Assembly: GCA_003427395.1 (NCBI GenBank)
Contig: BFEA01000046.1
Coordinates: 455,279-519,278, forward strand
DNA: 64,000 nucleotides
DNA from: Chara braunii
Taxonomy: Eukaryota; Plantae; Charophyceae
Reading direction: 5' to 3'
This document shows, piece after piece, positions 1-13,057 of this stretch (positions within the stretch are counted from its first letter, which is position 1; each line of letters starts with the position of its first letter). Below the pieces are notes generated by a model that was given only the letters and a program-made list of their open reading frames with translations, searched no databases and was not told where the DNA came from. Both the position numbers and the translations under genes were made by a program.

Positions 1-1405
1 GAGTTCTCAACGATAATGAGACCGTACCCAAATTTACAGTGGGAATCGTCTGGGCGGCTTAAAGTAGTATTGAACCTGAGTCCGAGTTATTCACGTGTCT
101 CAAGTCAGAACCTTTGAGTGGNAACCCNGGCTCTGAACCCCCACGCCGGGCGCAGATCTCTAGATACGNCCATCCANCNTGAGTAGCGACTCGTTTCGAG
201 CCGTTACCTAGGGAAGCNCGNCCNGTGGCTGGAGGACTGGAGAGAGCCATGTNGCAGTCAAGGACAAACCTAGAAAAAACTCAGTTAAGGAGCATCCAAA
301 AGCAAGCCATGTTCAATCCTTCTNCACNAACTGGTTAATGAAAAAANGNNAGTTGCAAAACAGGCGTCCTGAAGGGAGTCGTAAGGGNTGTTNCGCTCGG
401 AGTCAACCATCACACTAGTGGGGCCAATAAGCCCCACAGATAGTATGACTCATTGCATGAAAGAGAACATGACAAACCTTGGTAGTGAATGAGCATCCCG
501 GGGCTCAGGCACTCTGAAGTGGGGGCTTAGTATGTCTGTGTTCATTCTCTGACTACACTCGTCAGCGCAAGCCAAACAGTCAAGAGCGAAAGTCTTTCTA
601 GGCCTGAGAATAATGCTTTTCCTTGAATCAGCCCCATTTTCTGGCCACTCCCATTTGATGATCAGAGCCGCTTTTCAATACTAAAGCAAAAAGGGGGGTG
701 GGCAGGTCCTCAGTTTGATGTCGATGGTCTCCCTGCAGACCAGATTCCTAATAGTAAGCCCGACATCAACCCCCTTTTTTCGAAAAGAGCAAGAAAAATC
801 ACTCTAGCCAACCTATGTCATGAATCATGAGAGACAGCGAGGTACTAGTCACGGTGGTGAGGTGCAGCGCCATTAGAGACAGGAAAAAGGGATGGGAAGA
901 AGAAGTGTTTCAGACAATGAAATTTTATATGGGAATTCAGTGTGAACAAGCTATTCAGACAGTGGGAGAGGAAAAATATATTGAGTTTGTAATTTATATC
1001 TATGGGCTTGACGACATTCTGCACAGTTAGTACCTGTTCCTCGCTAGAGACGGTGGAACATGCCAGGGTAAAACTTGTGTGAGCTCAGTAGTACTTGGAT
1101 TACTTTCTCCCCAAAGCTCTACCAGTATTCGAACCAGCAAGCATTTTTCAGCAGTCTGCAGTTTTTTTCTTGCAGAACGATACCGTACGAACGACGACTC
1201 ATCGACTCAACTTTTCAGTGTTCATTTAACATTTAAAGCAATCAGAACAACGGTGTGAATCGTACTTTTAGATCAACAATCAGAACAACAGTCTGAACAG
1301 TACTCAGATTAGTGATCAGAACAACACTCGGAACAACACTCAGAACAACATTCGAAAAAGCAACCTGAAAGCTGCAATCGGGAGAGCAGTTTTCAGAAAC
1401 AGTAC

Positions 1406-2182
1406 TTGGAAAAACAAACATTCAGAGCGGCATCTAGAACAACACTCAAAGGGCACTCAAGCAGCGAACTTATGTCAATCGAGCAGTCTTCTTTCTTTCT
1501 ATCAGAGAGTAACTACATCTTCGAACATATGAGAGAGATCAACCCTATCACGGTTGATCAGTTGGTCCTTGACAGCGTCAATTTGATTGCTGCCAAGGAG
1601 AGCTTCCCTTACAAATATGTCAAGATCGATGGTTTCAAGCGTGAAGATCTGTCAATCTTCATTGCACTCAAGGAGTTTGCAGGAGGTATGGTCAACGACA
1701 TGCGGATCTTCCTGAAAAAAGGGAATGAGACACACCCTCATTTTGATGCGGTGTGGGCAGCAGCAGCCGAGTATGTGCAGTGGAAAGCTGAGAGACTCCA
1801 GGGGAATACAAAGCTAGTCTATAGCTTTGGCCCTAAGCTTTTCACTGACTATCCCAAACCGCCGGTCCCATACTATCTCACAGACGACTCTTAATGGGGT
1901 GGACTGGTGGACTTGGCCAAAAGATACGTGTCGCCAGCAGAGATTGACTACGAGGCGGTGACAGAACCGTCTGAGTTTCCACATCTCAGGAGGGACATTT
2001 TCTCTCGGCCCTATCTCCTCACACTGTGGGAGGAATTTTATGCCATGCTTGACTTTCGTATTATGGGACTTGGCTGGAAGTGTCTGGAACTAGTGGGCTT
2101 CAGGTGGCTTTACATTCAGAATCCACAACCTCAGAGAGTACGGAGACATGGCAAAAAGCCCAGACGACAGGCAACAAAGTGA
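1406..2182 (+). pseudogene. Unknown ORF pair (162 aa + 91 aa), probably one degenerate accessory ORF of a retroelement
   Basis: Two adjacent in-frame ORFs separated by one stop; preceded by short CAGAACAAC repeats; no recognisable motif. Confidence 0.25.
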
Positions 2183-5132
2183 CAGATGAAGAGTGAAGTT
2201 TTGAGGGTTGAGTGAGGACTCTTGACAGGTGCTGGCCATGCTCTCTTCCACATGTACTTCCTGAGACTATAATGAGTTCTCATTCTTCCCTCGCTCATTT
2301 GCTCTTGTCATTGGTCGAGTCAGTCGGTCTTGCTTCTTGCATTTGCTCTTGCTTGATGATTGCTCATGTGGATCATTCTGTCACATTTCTCAAAATTAGA
2401 TTGACGTAATTGATGCATGCTTAACACTCCACAATTTTTATGATTATTATTATTTGCATGATTCTCTGCTGTTCTGAATCAAAATAAAAGATTCCTAAAA
2501 CCGGGGACCGGCGAAGACCGCAATTGAAGGGTCTCGCTCGAAGCTGGACGCACACAACAGGAAGGGATCTGCTTTATTTAATTTGTTTTATTTATTGCAA
2601 TCAACAACTTAATCCTGCGTGACAGCCTGTTGGCTTTCTGGTCGCCCAGAGTGGCCTGACTAGAAAAAGTGCGACAACGCGAACCGACGCATCGGGGGGC
2701 TGAAGTCCCAAGCGCGACCCGTCGTCGGTCGACTAGGACGCATCCCTCTTACCATGCGTTACACCACACCAAAGCAAATGTCAGATCACTCACACGAAAA
2801 CAAAACGCTCCTACTCCAGTTTGTATCTGACGCATAATCTTCTGACACGAAAATCGGTTCGGCTTTGCGCGTGAAACTTAAGATAAAACCGCGCAGACGA
2901 ATAACTTTCTCATATTGACTAGCCATGCATGGATACACAAGCATTCGCAGTGATGGCGTACTATGTAGTACCCATAATAGAATAACGCTCAGTGATCTCG
3001 AGGGTCATGTTTGACACTCAAGTGTCTGCCGAGATACGCCTTGAGAGGTTAATCTTACGACGCTAGATACCCGCCAAGGCGGTTGAGAACCGCACCCTCG
3101 TCTGCACGCGGTGGAGAGTGGGTGGTACACAGGCTCCTCCCGGTTGTGGCAGTCTACCCTTATGGCCATGAAGACTAGCTTCATCATCCAGGGTCTGGAG
3201 AGAAGTTAAGGGGTTTGACTTTGACGGCTGCCACAAACTTCAATGTTCAACTATCATAAATCTAAAAAGGAAAAGGAAAAAAAGGGGTCTCCCGTTTCTG
3301 TCAATGCATAATCCGTTTAACCTTTACGCACGGTCATCGTAGATCGCGCGAATGCTCGAGGCATATGTATATACACGTATAAAAGGTTATAAAACACGGG
3401 ACGATCACTTCTCCTAGTCAAAGTGTCTTCCTTTAGAAATATATATGTGATCGTAGGTAAGTCAAATCCAGAGTCCGAACCACAATCATACCCGCAATTA
3501 TATCAAAGATCCAAGCAAAAGTCCACGCACTAGACGGGGTCAACTTCAACCACTCTTTGCGCTTACACCCCTCGCTTTAGCCACTCAAACCCCAACCTTT
3601 GTCCAAACGTTCATAATAAAATACTCAGTATCTTTGTTAAATGACCATTCAATAAAGTCCGGGTGAAAACTCAACGAAACAATTCAAACCACCGGGGATA
3701 AAACCTTTAGGTTGAGTGGCGAGAGTGAATTAAAGTTGAGCCGTAAACCGATGAATTGGCAACCGACCTGTTATCAGTGATAACAGAAGATGATCCTTGT
3801 AGGATTTAAAGATGAAACTAGGCCAATCTTGAATCGAAACGTTCAACAAGGACCTGTGACACAAGATAGGTCAAATGCCCAAGGCTAAACTATAAGTGTA
3901 TGGAGAATGAACCCCCATATCACATTCTGACCCATAATCTTTCCATAATTAAGTCCAAGTCTACCTCTTAGCAAATGCCCAAGGAAAGTAAGATTTTTGG
4001 CAGCATCTCTCCTACTTGGGGTGGATCGCCAAAATCTTTCCTGTTATAATATAATCTAACTCCTCTAAACTACGAAAATTTTGGCAGAAATGGTCCTCAA
4101 TTTATATTCGTTGGAATATGAAGACTGAAATGGTCCTCAATACTAGAAAGTCAAAATTTGTTTAACTCCTTGAATTAGTAAAAATTTGGGCAGCATCTCC
4201 TTTAGAGGAGTGAACTTCGCGTATTTGTACTAAGCCAGATAAGAACTCGAAGTAAGACTTGAGTTCCTGCCGAGACAAAATTTAACTAACTCCTTAGATT
4301 TAGAGAGATTTCGGCAGCGCTTCCCATAGAGAAAGTGGCTTTCCAAAATTCGTACAAAGCTTAATACAGAATCTGAAATGATTTTGATTTCCCAAAGTCA
4401 AATTTTTTCTAACTCCCTGATTTAACAAAAAATCGGCCAGCACTTCCCTTAGAAAAGAAGGATGTCAAGATTTCTACTAAGCGAGATATAAAACTTAGAC
4501 AAAGGCTGATCTTTGAAAAACCAAAATTTAGCTAACTTCTTGGTTTTGTAAAAATTTCGCCAGCGATTCCCGTAGAGAAAGTAACTTTCCAAAATTTATA
4601 CAAAGCCAAGTAAAATAAATGATCACAGCAAATGCGAGAATTGACCTAATTAAAAAAAGTTAGCTCTAACTCCTATAACTCTAGCACGTGGCGAGCAACT
4701 TAAGCAACTACCTATCCAACTGAAACTCAGACTAAGTAAAACTCTCACTTAGCCACATGCAAGTCCATACCACAATGGTAAGTACTTTCGCCCATTCCCA
4801 AGGTTAAACCTTGTCAACAATAGTTCATAGTCTTTCAATGATTTATCCCTTATACCCAACTTACATAAGGCGTAAAGCTAAACTATTCAACTTGGAAACA
4901 AAGTCTAGCTTGGCCATTGAATATACACAAACATAGGGCACTACTACTTTTCTCTTCTTTGGGCGTATGACTAGGCCATTCCTATGAATCCCCCTCGGCG
5001 GCGGACAAGCGCGGTCGAGTCCGCGACCCCGTGGACGCGTCTGCGGGGCCGCGCGACTTCGCGGACGTGTGGCGGCCGGTGGGGAGGCGGGTTGGGGATT
5101 CAGGAAGCGCCATGGGGCGACGCAACCCCAGC

Positions 5133-5807
5133 NNNNNNNNNNNNNNNNNNNNNNNNNNNNNNNNNNNNNNNNNNNNNNNNNNNNNNNNNNNNNNNNNNNN
5201 NNNNNNNNNNNNNNNNNNNNNNNNNNNNNNNNNNNNNNNNNNNNNNNNNNNNNNNNNNNNNNNNNNNNNNNNNNNNNNNNNNNNNNNNNNNNNNNNNNNN
5301 NNNNNNNNNNNNNNNNNNNNNNNNNNNNNNNNNNNNNNNNNNNNNNNNNNNNNNNNNNNNNNNNNNNNNNNNNNNNNNNNNNNNNNNNNNNNNNNNNNNN
5401 NNNNNNNNNNNNNNNNNNNNNNNNNNNNNNNNNNNNNNNNNNNNNNNNNNNNNNNNNNNNNNNNNNNNNNNNNNNNNNNNNNNNNNNNNNNNNNNNNNNN
5501 NNNNNNNNNNNNNNNNNNNNNNNNNNNNNNNNNNNNNNNNNNNNNNNNNNNNNNNNNNNNNNNNNNNNNNNNNNNNNNNNNNNNNNNNNNNNNNNNNNNN
5601 NNNNNNNNNNNNNNNNNNNNNNNNNNNNNNNNNNNNNNNNNNNNNNNNNNNNNNNNNNNNNNNNNNNNNNNNNNNNNNNNNNNNNNNNNNNNNNNNNNNN
5701 NNNNNNNNNNNNNNNNNNNNNNNNNNNNNNNNNNNNNNNNNNNNNNNNNNNNNNNNNNNNNNNNNNNNNNNNNNNNNNNNNNNNNNNNNNNNNNNNNNNN
5801 NNNNNNN
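5133..5807. other. Assembly gap (N run)
   Basis: Run of N. Confidence 1.
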
Positions 5808-5844
<37 letters not shown>

Positions 5845-5884
5845 ATGACAATTCCGCGCGCGGGCGACACACACACTTAGCTGT

Positions 5885-5926
<42 letters not shown>

Positions 5927-5927
5927 T
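5808..5927. repeat. (CA)n/(CT)n microsatellites
   Basis: Direct reading. Confidence 0.95.
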
Positions 5928-6357
5928 CAATCAGTTTATGTCTGTTAGTCTTTCTCTTGTTGTCTGTCTTCCATCCGTTTTTTCCTAAGTATTTTTCTGT
6001 GCGCCCAACTGAGCACCCTTAATAGTGCCAAACAGTCGGTGGTTCCTCGTTTGGAGTGCCAACTGCACTCTTAGGGGGGCTGCTCAGTTCGGGATGTCTG
6101 TGTTGCCTGTCGGTGATGACGGATGGTCGTCGGAGTGTCCCCCTGGCTCAGCGGGTGGTGGGAACCATCAGTTTGCGGGGCTCTATCGTGATGTGAGTAG
6201 GTCATGTGCTGCTTTGCTCCGTGTTGGATGTGTAAACTGTTTTGTTTGCGCTCTGCCGCGGTCTTGCTGCCCGAGCCGCTTGCTTTGCAGGTCGTCCTCG
6301 CTGCTCTGCTGCCTTGCCGCTTACCTGCGGGTCGTGCCTCTCGTGTCTTTTGCTCGT

Positions 6358-6655
6358 GTGCCTTGTGGTTTGGTAGCCTTGTGGTGGTGCCTCGCGCTTC
6401 GCTGCACGGTTGCTGAGCTGTTTGTCCGTGTGCCCTGTCGGCCTTCAATGTCCTTTGCGTGCATGCCTTGTAGTTTGGTTGCCTTGTTGGTGGTGCCTCG
6501 TGCTTCACGGCACGGTTGCCGAGTTGCTCGTCTGCTTGCCCTGCTGGCCTTCTGCGTCCCTTACTTGCTTGCGCGCCTTGTAGTCTGGTCGCCTTGCTGA
6601 TGTTGCCTTGCGCTGCACCGCACGGTTGCCGAGCTGCTGGTCCGCTTGCCCTGTC
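6358..6655. repeat. Three imperfect ~105-110 bp tandem repeats
   Basis: gccttgtrgtYtggtNgccttg...gcacggttgcYgagYtg at ~6360, ~6465 and ~6575. Confidence 0.75.
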
Positions 6656-7475
6656 ATTCCTTGCAGTTGTCTTTGGTGATAAGCAGTTGGGCTGCCTCTA
6701 CTGTGTTGCCTGGTGCTCCACAGGGTTGTTGCCCGCTGCTATGTCCCACTTGGGGACAGTCTGCCTTCAACATGGGTCAAAGGGTTCATGACCCAAACCA
6801 TCAAATATGAGGATTCCACAGATTGTCGAGGGTTCAGCCTCGTGATGAGTCGATGCAATTCTGACGAAACAATCTTGTTGTCATCAGTTTTCTTTTTTTT
6901 CGGTCCTTCGACTTTCGTGGGACTTGTATTTTTTTCGATTTGCCTGTTTTCGTCGGTGCTAGTTGTTTCTCAGTTCACTGTCTTTGCCTCGTCTTATCGT
7001 GTTTTTGTGCCCGCCCGTCTCCCCCGTGCCCACCAGCCTATGTGTTTTGTTGTTGCTTGTTATTTATGTGCCTCGTATGTCTCCTCAGTGTGCATCCAGC
7101 CTTGAGTACTGCCTCTGTGTCTCTATATACGGATGCCTTGATGCCACCCTGTGTATGGATTGTTCTGTGCAAGAGGTGATACAACCTCCCTTCTTTGACA
7201 ATCGTGAATGCACACCCTGTTACGCTGCTTGCCGCGTTTGCGGGGCTCTGTTTATCTCAACACACACACACACGTTCACACACAAATATTAAAAGGCCCT
7301 GGAAAAAAAAAAACATATATTTTTTTTCCATTGCTTGATTGTTTCCTTAGGACCAAAAAAAAAACAAAAAAAAACCGTAAAAACGAAGAATACAAAGAAC
7401 TGCCAACCAAAAATCCCCCCCCCAAAAAAAACTTTTTTTAAATATGGGGTTGTAGGGATTAAAATCCCTACAACC

Positions 7476-7510
<35 letters not shown>

Positions 7511-7646
7511 TACCCATTATTTTAATCAGGAAAAATATGGTAAAATCGCATCCGCGGCGCGGACGAGGTCGGCCGCGCACGCGGCCGTATATGAGTCCGC
7601 CATCCGAGCTCGACGCTGCGGACGCGTCTACTGGTGTTTCATAGGG

Positions 7647-8320
7647 CCATTTAACTTAGAAACAAAGCCTAGTCGCCCTGAACTGTTTAAGTAACCAAGT
7701 TATATATACCTTTCTGCTTTTAGTCTTTTAAGGTAGCATAGGACTGAACCATTCAACTTAGAAACAAAGTTTAGCCTGCCCCTTCTTACCATCAATTAAA
7801 ATATTCCTAATTTGTACTCTCTTCATTGTGATAAGCTATAGTCAGACCATTCAACTTAGAAACAAAGTCTAACTAGACTGTTCATAAGTAAAATAATAGT
7901 AGAGTACATGTATAACTATTCCTTGGTTACAACATGTGCGTGGCTCCAGACCAAACCATTCGACTTAGAAACAAAGTTTGGTCCTTCACTTGATTTCCCT
8001 CATAATAAACAAAAAGAAATTTGAGCCATCCAACTTAGGAACAAACTCAAACTCCCTTTTTCAGAAATAATAAAGAAACATAAGGAGACTGGGTCATTCA
8101 ACTTAGAAACAAAGCCCAGTCCTACTCATAAAATCCCAAAATAAATCAAGGGACTAAGCCATTCAACTTAGAAACAAAACCTGGTCCCTGAAAATGCATT
8201 CGCATGCAGCCTTCGCAAGTCAGAGCAACCAAATCCAACTTAGGAACAAAGTTTGGTCCTCCGGGCAGTCAAAATAAACATAGCACTGGACCATTCAACT
8301 TAGAAACTAAGCCCAACCTT
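7647..8320 (-). repeat. Array of 9 conserved-loop hairpin units (inverted LTR copy)
   Basis: ccattcaacttagaaacaaa core repeated about every 60-110 bp, most copies flanked by their own inverted stem, e.g. gaccaaac...gtttggtc. Confidence 0.85.
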
Positions 8321-11239
8321 TGGTCGACCCAGTCAATCGCAAGCAAAACCACTTTCCCCCTGCCTTCCACCAATTCACAACCCCTTTTCAATCTGAATTC
8401 AGACAACGAACAAAAAATGGAACTGAGATTGCGCATGCATTCCTTTGCTCGACTCTGATTTAAGTCTGGAAAGTCAAACATAAGATCAATAGGGATGCGT
8501 GCAGTATACTCAATCAAACTGTAGCAAGATATACAGGTAAGGGTTTTAGTCGGGTTTATAGAAGGAGATGAAGATTAACACTCAATTCCCTACCTCCAGA
8601 ACCTCGCATAGGTTCCGACAGAGATCCCGCAATCGGTGGGGCAACCTCCTACGAAGGCCTTGGTATGAATAACGGGTGTCAATCCCGGCTGTCGTCTTCC
8701 TCCTTGAACCAATAGACTGGACTAGGAGTAAGAAGGACAGAAGAAGAGATATTTAGTCGCTCAGATACAGGAGGGTTGCACTCAGACTCACGTGAGAGGG
8801 CCTTGATTCCTTGACGCGCCTGAGGGCCCCGCAATGGTGGCCAAAATCGTAACAGGATGGCCAACCCATAGCCACACTCAGAACAATAGCATTCCGATGA
8901 ATCTCCAATTCGCAACAACGACCTCCTCCTAAAGTCGTGACACCACTCCCCTTGACCAAACTGTAGTTATGAAGTCAAGAAGAGCCATATTTGAATAGAG
9001 CACACCCCTTTTGCTCTATCCGACTGCAGACAATGGCGCAACAATATGCCGCAGACCAGCATACACAGCAATACACGGTGCTTGATGTTTATCAGCAAAC
9101 CGTGTGCATCAGCAACCAAGGCACCGCAACAAGGCACACAACAACGGGTCACAGTAGTACTGCTCAAACATCAAAGATATCATGCCCCAACACCACATAA
9201 CAAAAAGGATAACGGTTTAGGGCCCTCCTACCTGACCGCCAGAGTAGCATCACAAGTACCATAAACAGTCGTGCTTGCAGGGAACCGACAGTACTTATAA
9301 AAGAAATAGTTGCCCTGCTGAAACAAGCAACAACAATCTTGAGTTCGACATTGTCACACTGTGTTGTTGTGTAATTGCAGGCAAAACTAGAATGCTGACT
9401 TTAGCAGCCAACAACTTCCCAATCTTAGCAGCAACACTCGTTCCTAGCAGTTGCAGCGCCGGTTCCTGACACATCTCAATCGTGATAATACCCGACTTCC
9501 GACGACAGCAACCATGAACCCTTGCTATGTTCGAACATACAAGTCACTCAACCAACCAAGAACAACCATGTACCACCTCCCATAGAATCAAGAAAGAGCT
9601 CTCAATTTGTCAATCCACAACTATGCCCACACTAACTGAGCCCGTTTCTTCTCCCTTCCTTTTCTCAACCTCGATCTTCTCACCTTCAGTTGTCCCTCAC
9701 GTACGAGCTTTCCTGATCCCCCGACCAAGTTAGTTCGAGGTCTGTAGTAGGCAACAGACGGGGAGAAAAACGGCTAACTGGAGGAAGGACATTCGCGATT
9801 ACCCTAGTAAACAACAAACTCCCTAGGCAACAGACGGGGCAAAAATCGACTGTGGGTAGTGTGCAGTGAGGAGGGCGAAGGCAAGCAGGCGACCCAGGTG
9901 AAGAGGGGTATCGCTAGAAAGGCTGAGTGGTGATATTGGGTGTTTCGCAGTGTGATGAGAACTATCTGATGTGCGATTGATGTTGAGGTTGAACGGCGGT
10001 ATAATGCTGGTTGTGCCAAGGCAATGATTGGTCATCACAATCGACGTCGGCTCATCTGGTTAGAATATCTGTGGTTGGGGGCAGCTATTTTGAGGTACGT
10101 TGCTCTTAGCCTTATCTGCCCTCTTCGACACTTCTTACCGTGAGGATGTGTGTTTTGTCTTGAGAGTCCTCTCATGTGAGGAGTCGAGTGCGCTCAACGT
10201 TTAGAGTCGACATTGTTTACGTGGAGCATTTGGAAGGAGAGGGTGTTGCCATATGAAGGGCCCTAGATGAAGCACTGGGTCACGGTCACCATGCCAACCA
10301 GCTGGGAATAGAGCACGCATGCTTTGCTGCTTTGTCCTTTGTCTGCCAGCTGCGCTATAGATAAGTCATGAGGGGCAAGCCAGCCCTACAGGGAAGACGG
10401 TCTATAAATAAATGCTAGCGGGTTGCCTTCCATTGGTTGTGATCGTCGTCCTGTTTGAGACGTTAAATAATTTCTGAGGACCTCGGGAGCCGTCCTTAAA
10501 CTGCCTCTTGATCAGCCAATCGGCCGGTGTAAGGCTCGCTGCACGCGAGGGTAAACATGGTGCAGGGCTGGCCAACTCAGCATTGAGTTGGGGCACAGGG
10601 GTGGGCCGTGTGCACACCTTTACACACGCATGCTATTTGGATTGCTCAGGAACGCTGAAGTTAAGTGACATCAAGAAGAATTGAGGGAGGAGTAGATTTT
10701 AGGTGATAAGTTCGGGAAAAATTCCACTTTGCAAACAACCATGCAAATGAGTCTATTTTTATTTTGATTGATTAGATGTACAACCAGTAACACATTTGAC
10801 AGACAACATAGGTAGAACTTTTTGTTTCTCCTTATTGGGTTTTTGTTTGTGAACTAGTCAAATAAAATATTTTCGTTTGTAGCAATCTGGACTTACCTGT
10901 TGGACCCAATTGTGTATTCTCTGACAATGTCACCGATTAATTAATTTTATTATTTTAAATCGGTCTGAGCACTACGTTGCGGTAGGCAACCAAGTGACCC
11001 CTAGTGCAGATAGTGCACAAAGCTAAAGCATATGAGCGACAGGGAGGACTCTTAGCCGGACAATCGGGTCCTGCGTTCGTCAAGCCGTCGGCGCCCGTTG
11101 GTCCACGTAGCATTAGGACCCGAGGGTGACCGTCTTCTGTTCCGCTAGGCTACGGAGAGGCAGCGTCAACTGAGGTTGGCAAGGGACGCAGAGGCAAGCA
11201 GAGCCTTCGCAAGTGAGGTAGCTACCTAAGCAGCCACCA

Positions 11240-12490
11240 TGGCCACCTCTGCGCAACAGAGCTCCCAGGCCAGTAGTTCAAGGACTGTTGGGGCGACGGT
11301 CGCATAGACCCATAGCCAGTCCGCTAGTGTCATGGCAAGCCAACAAATTAGTGTTAACTCCCGAGGAGGTCACCATTCAGAGAGCCAGGGCTCGCGAATC
11401 ACAGCTACAACAGGCATTACATAAGATACAGGCAAACAAGGAGAGAATGATCAGACGTAGGTTAAGGATGCAGCGGTGCAGACTGCCGTAATAGGGCTGC
11501 TTGCCGTCTCGCAGTCAGCACAACCGCAAGGCACGACCCCAACAGCAGCCAGTGCAGCAACCTGCACCCTAGGCCCCACAACCTGGACTAGTGCAGGCAT
11601 CGGTACAAAGACAGTGGGTTCCCAAGGCTGCCATCGCATCACCGAAACCCTTCTCAAGAGATCAAAGGAAGTGCTTGTGGCTGCCTCCTATCTGGAAGGG
11701 AGTGCAACAAGGTGGTTAAGTGGGTACGTGCAGTTATAGGGGTACGGTCATGACTTCTGCGCTTGGGCAGTCACCCAGAAATTGGATGATTTCCTCAAGC
11801 TGGTGGAAGAAAGGTGGCATGACCCGCAGGAGGCTCAATAGGCCACCGGCGGGATATTGACGATGAGCTCAAGGAAGTTCAGGTTAGTAAGGGATGCCAC
11901 GAACGCGGTTGAACGTCTGTTCTGTGTTCCTGGAGTGTGCTACGACCCCCAGGTCTTACTTATCACTTACCTGAGGTGTCTTCCCATAGAGCTCAGGAAT
12001 CAGTTGGCCGGTGAGGCTATGATCACAGTCCACAACTTTCCCTCGTTCAGCAAAAAGGCCCTAGATCTAGAGGCAAAGATCGGGCATGGACACCAACCCA
12101 CTACAGATGGTAGGAAAAAAACACCCTTCCTAACTTGAAGGCCAACAGGCACATCATGTTCGTTGACAACGATGGTACTACCATAGAGTTAGACGACTAC
12201 TTCCAGATGGGAGGAGGGTAAGAGTCGGGTAGCGCAAAAGCTTCAGGGGGTGGAGCACTCGCTGCCTCAGTTCAGAAAGGTAAGGCGACTGATAGATGTC
12301 GTGGAGGTTCCCGGTCAAAGAGTCAAGTAGACCCCAATGCTCCTCTATGGGAGAAAGCAGGGCTTACTGAGGACGTGTGGAGAGATCGTTACTCCCTTGC
12401 AGCTTGTATCCGTTGTGGCCAGAATGGTCATACCCAGTTTAAGTGTCGGAATCGTAGAGTGACAGGAAAGATCCCGGCTATGATGGGGTA
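11240..12490 (+). pseudogene. gag: Ty3/Gypsy gag remnant
   Basis: AASYLEGSATRWL retrotransposon-gag motif; zinc knuckle CIRCGQNGHTQFKC at 12405-12446; multiple stops. Confidence 0.8.
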
Positions 12491-12699
12491 GGCGTAGGTC
12501 TCCTCCGCTTCCCAAGTTAGCAATGTAGCCAGCAGTTTTGGCACTGCTTCGGAAACACGTCGGGCCAGTAGGAATTGTAGTTGTTCCTGCTAGGGTCGAG
12601 GTGGTAGAAACACACTCATCATCTCGAGAGATGGCCCAAGCTATTGACTCTGTCGTCGTCCCGCAAGCACATTCAAACCAATTGATCCTCTGTCCGATG

Positions 12700-13057
12700 A
12701 ATGTGTTTGAGTCCTTAAAGGAGCTAGAAGAGGAGTGGTCTAAATCAGACCCACTAGCTTCTTGGACGACGATGGTTAAAGCTCCTAAGGGTGAGTTGTT
12801 CGTTGGCGAAGTAGATATAGGCGGCCGTATTATGATACTTGTTCGAGGAGGAACTTTATCAGTCGCGCTTGCATTGAACGGCTGCGCTTACAGGGGCAAG
12901 TGTAGCGCCTCAATCGACCTGTGGAGTCGACCTGTGCCAACAAACATCACATGGTAGTCAAATGACTACCTGAATCCCGTACGTGGGAGGGGAACTGAGA
13001 CATAAAATCTTGTTCCTAGTCAGCGATGAACTCCCTATGGATATCTTGTTGGGCTTA
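12700..13057 (+). pseudogene. Aspartic protease remnant of the same Gypsy element, truncated
   Basis: GELFVGEVDIGG... and FLVSDELPMDILLGL (protease C-terminal DxLLG motif); catalytic D(T/S)G not seen. Confidence 0.55.

Larger units (their letters stand above)
4981..7645. mobile_element. Non-autonomous TIR DNA transposon (hAT-like or other) inserted into the inverted LTR
   Basis: Ends cctatgaa...ttcatagg; flanking duplication gccatt (4975-4980, 7646-7651), or ggccattc/ggccattt if 8 bp; GC-rich subterminal gcggac/gtccgc repeats at both ends; LTR homology resumes exactly across it. Confidence 0.75.
2680..8935 (-). mobile_element. Inverted, diverged partial copy of the giant LTR (corresponds to ~22920-26490), interrupted at 4981-7645
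   Basis: Reverse-complement matches: gactaggacgcatccc (~2731) vs gggatgcgtcctagt (~26417); ctactacttttctcttctttgggc vs gcccaaagaagagaaaagtagtag (24061); cctgagggccccgcaatgg vs ccattgcggggccctcagg (23021); same hairpin and 120-bp arrays. Confidence 0.85.

Noticed and set aside
4861-5948. Long ORFs across the gap
   Set aside because: Artefacts of N runs and CA repeats
6025-7300. Cys/Leu-rich ORFs
   Set aside because: Produced by low-complexity tandem repeats; no motif
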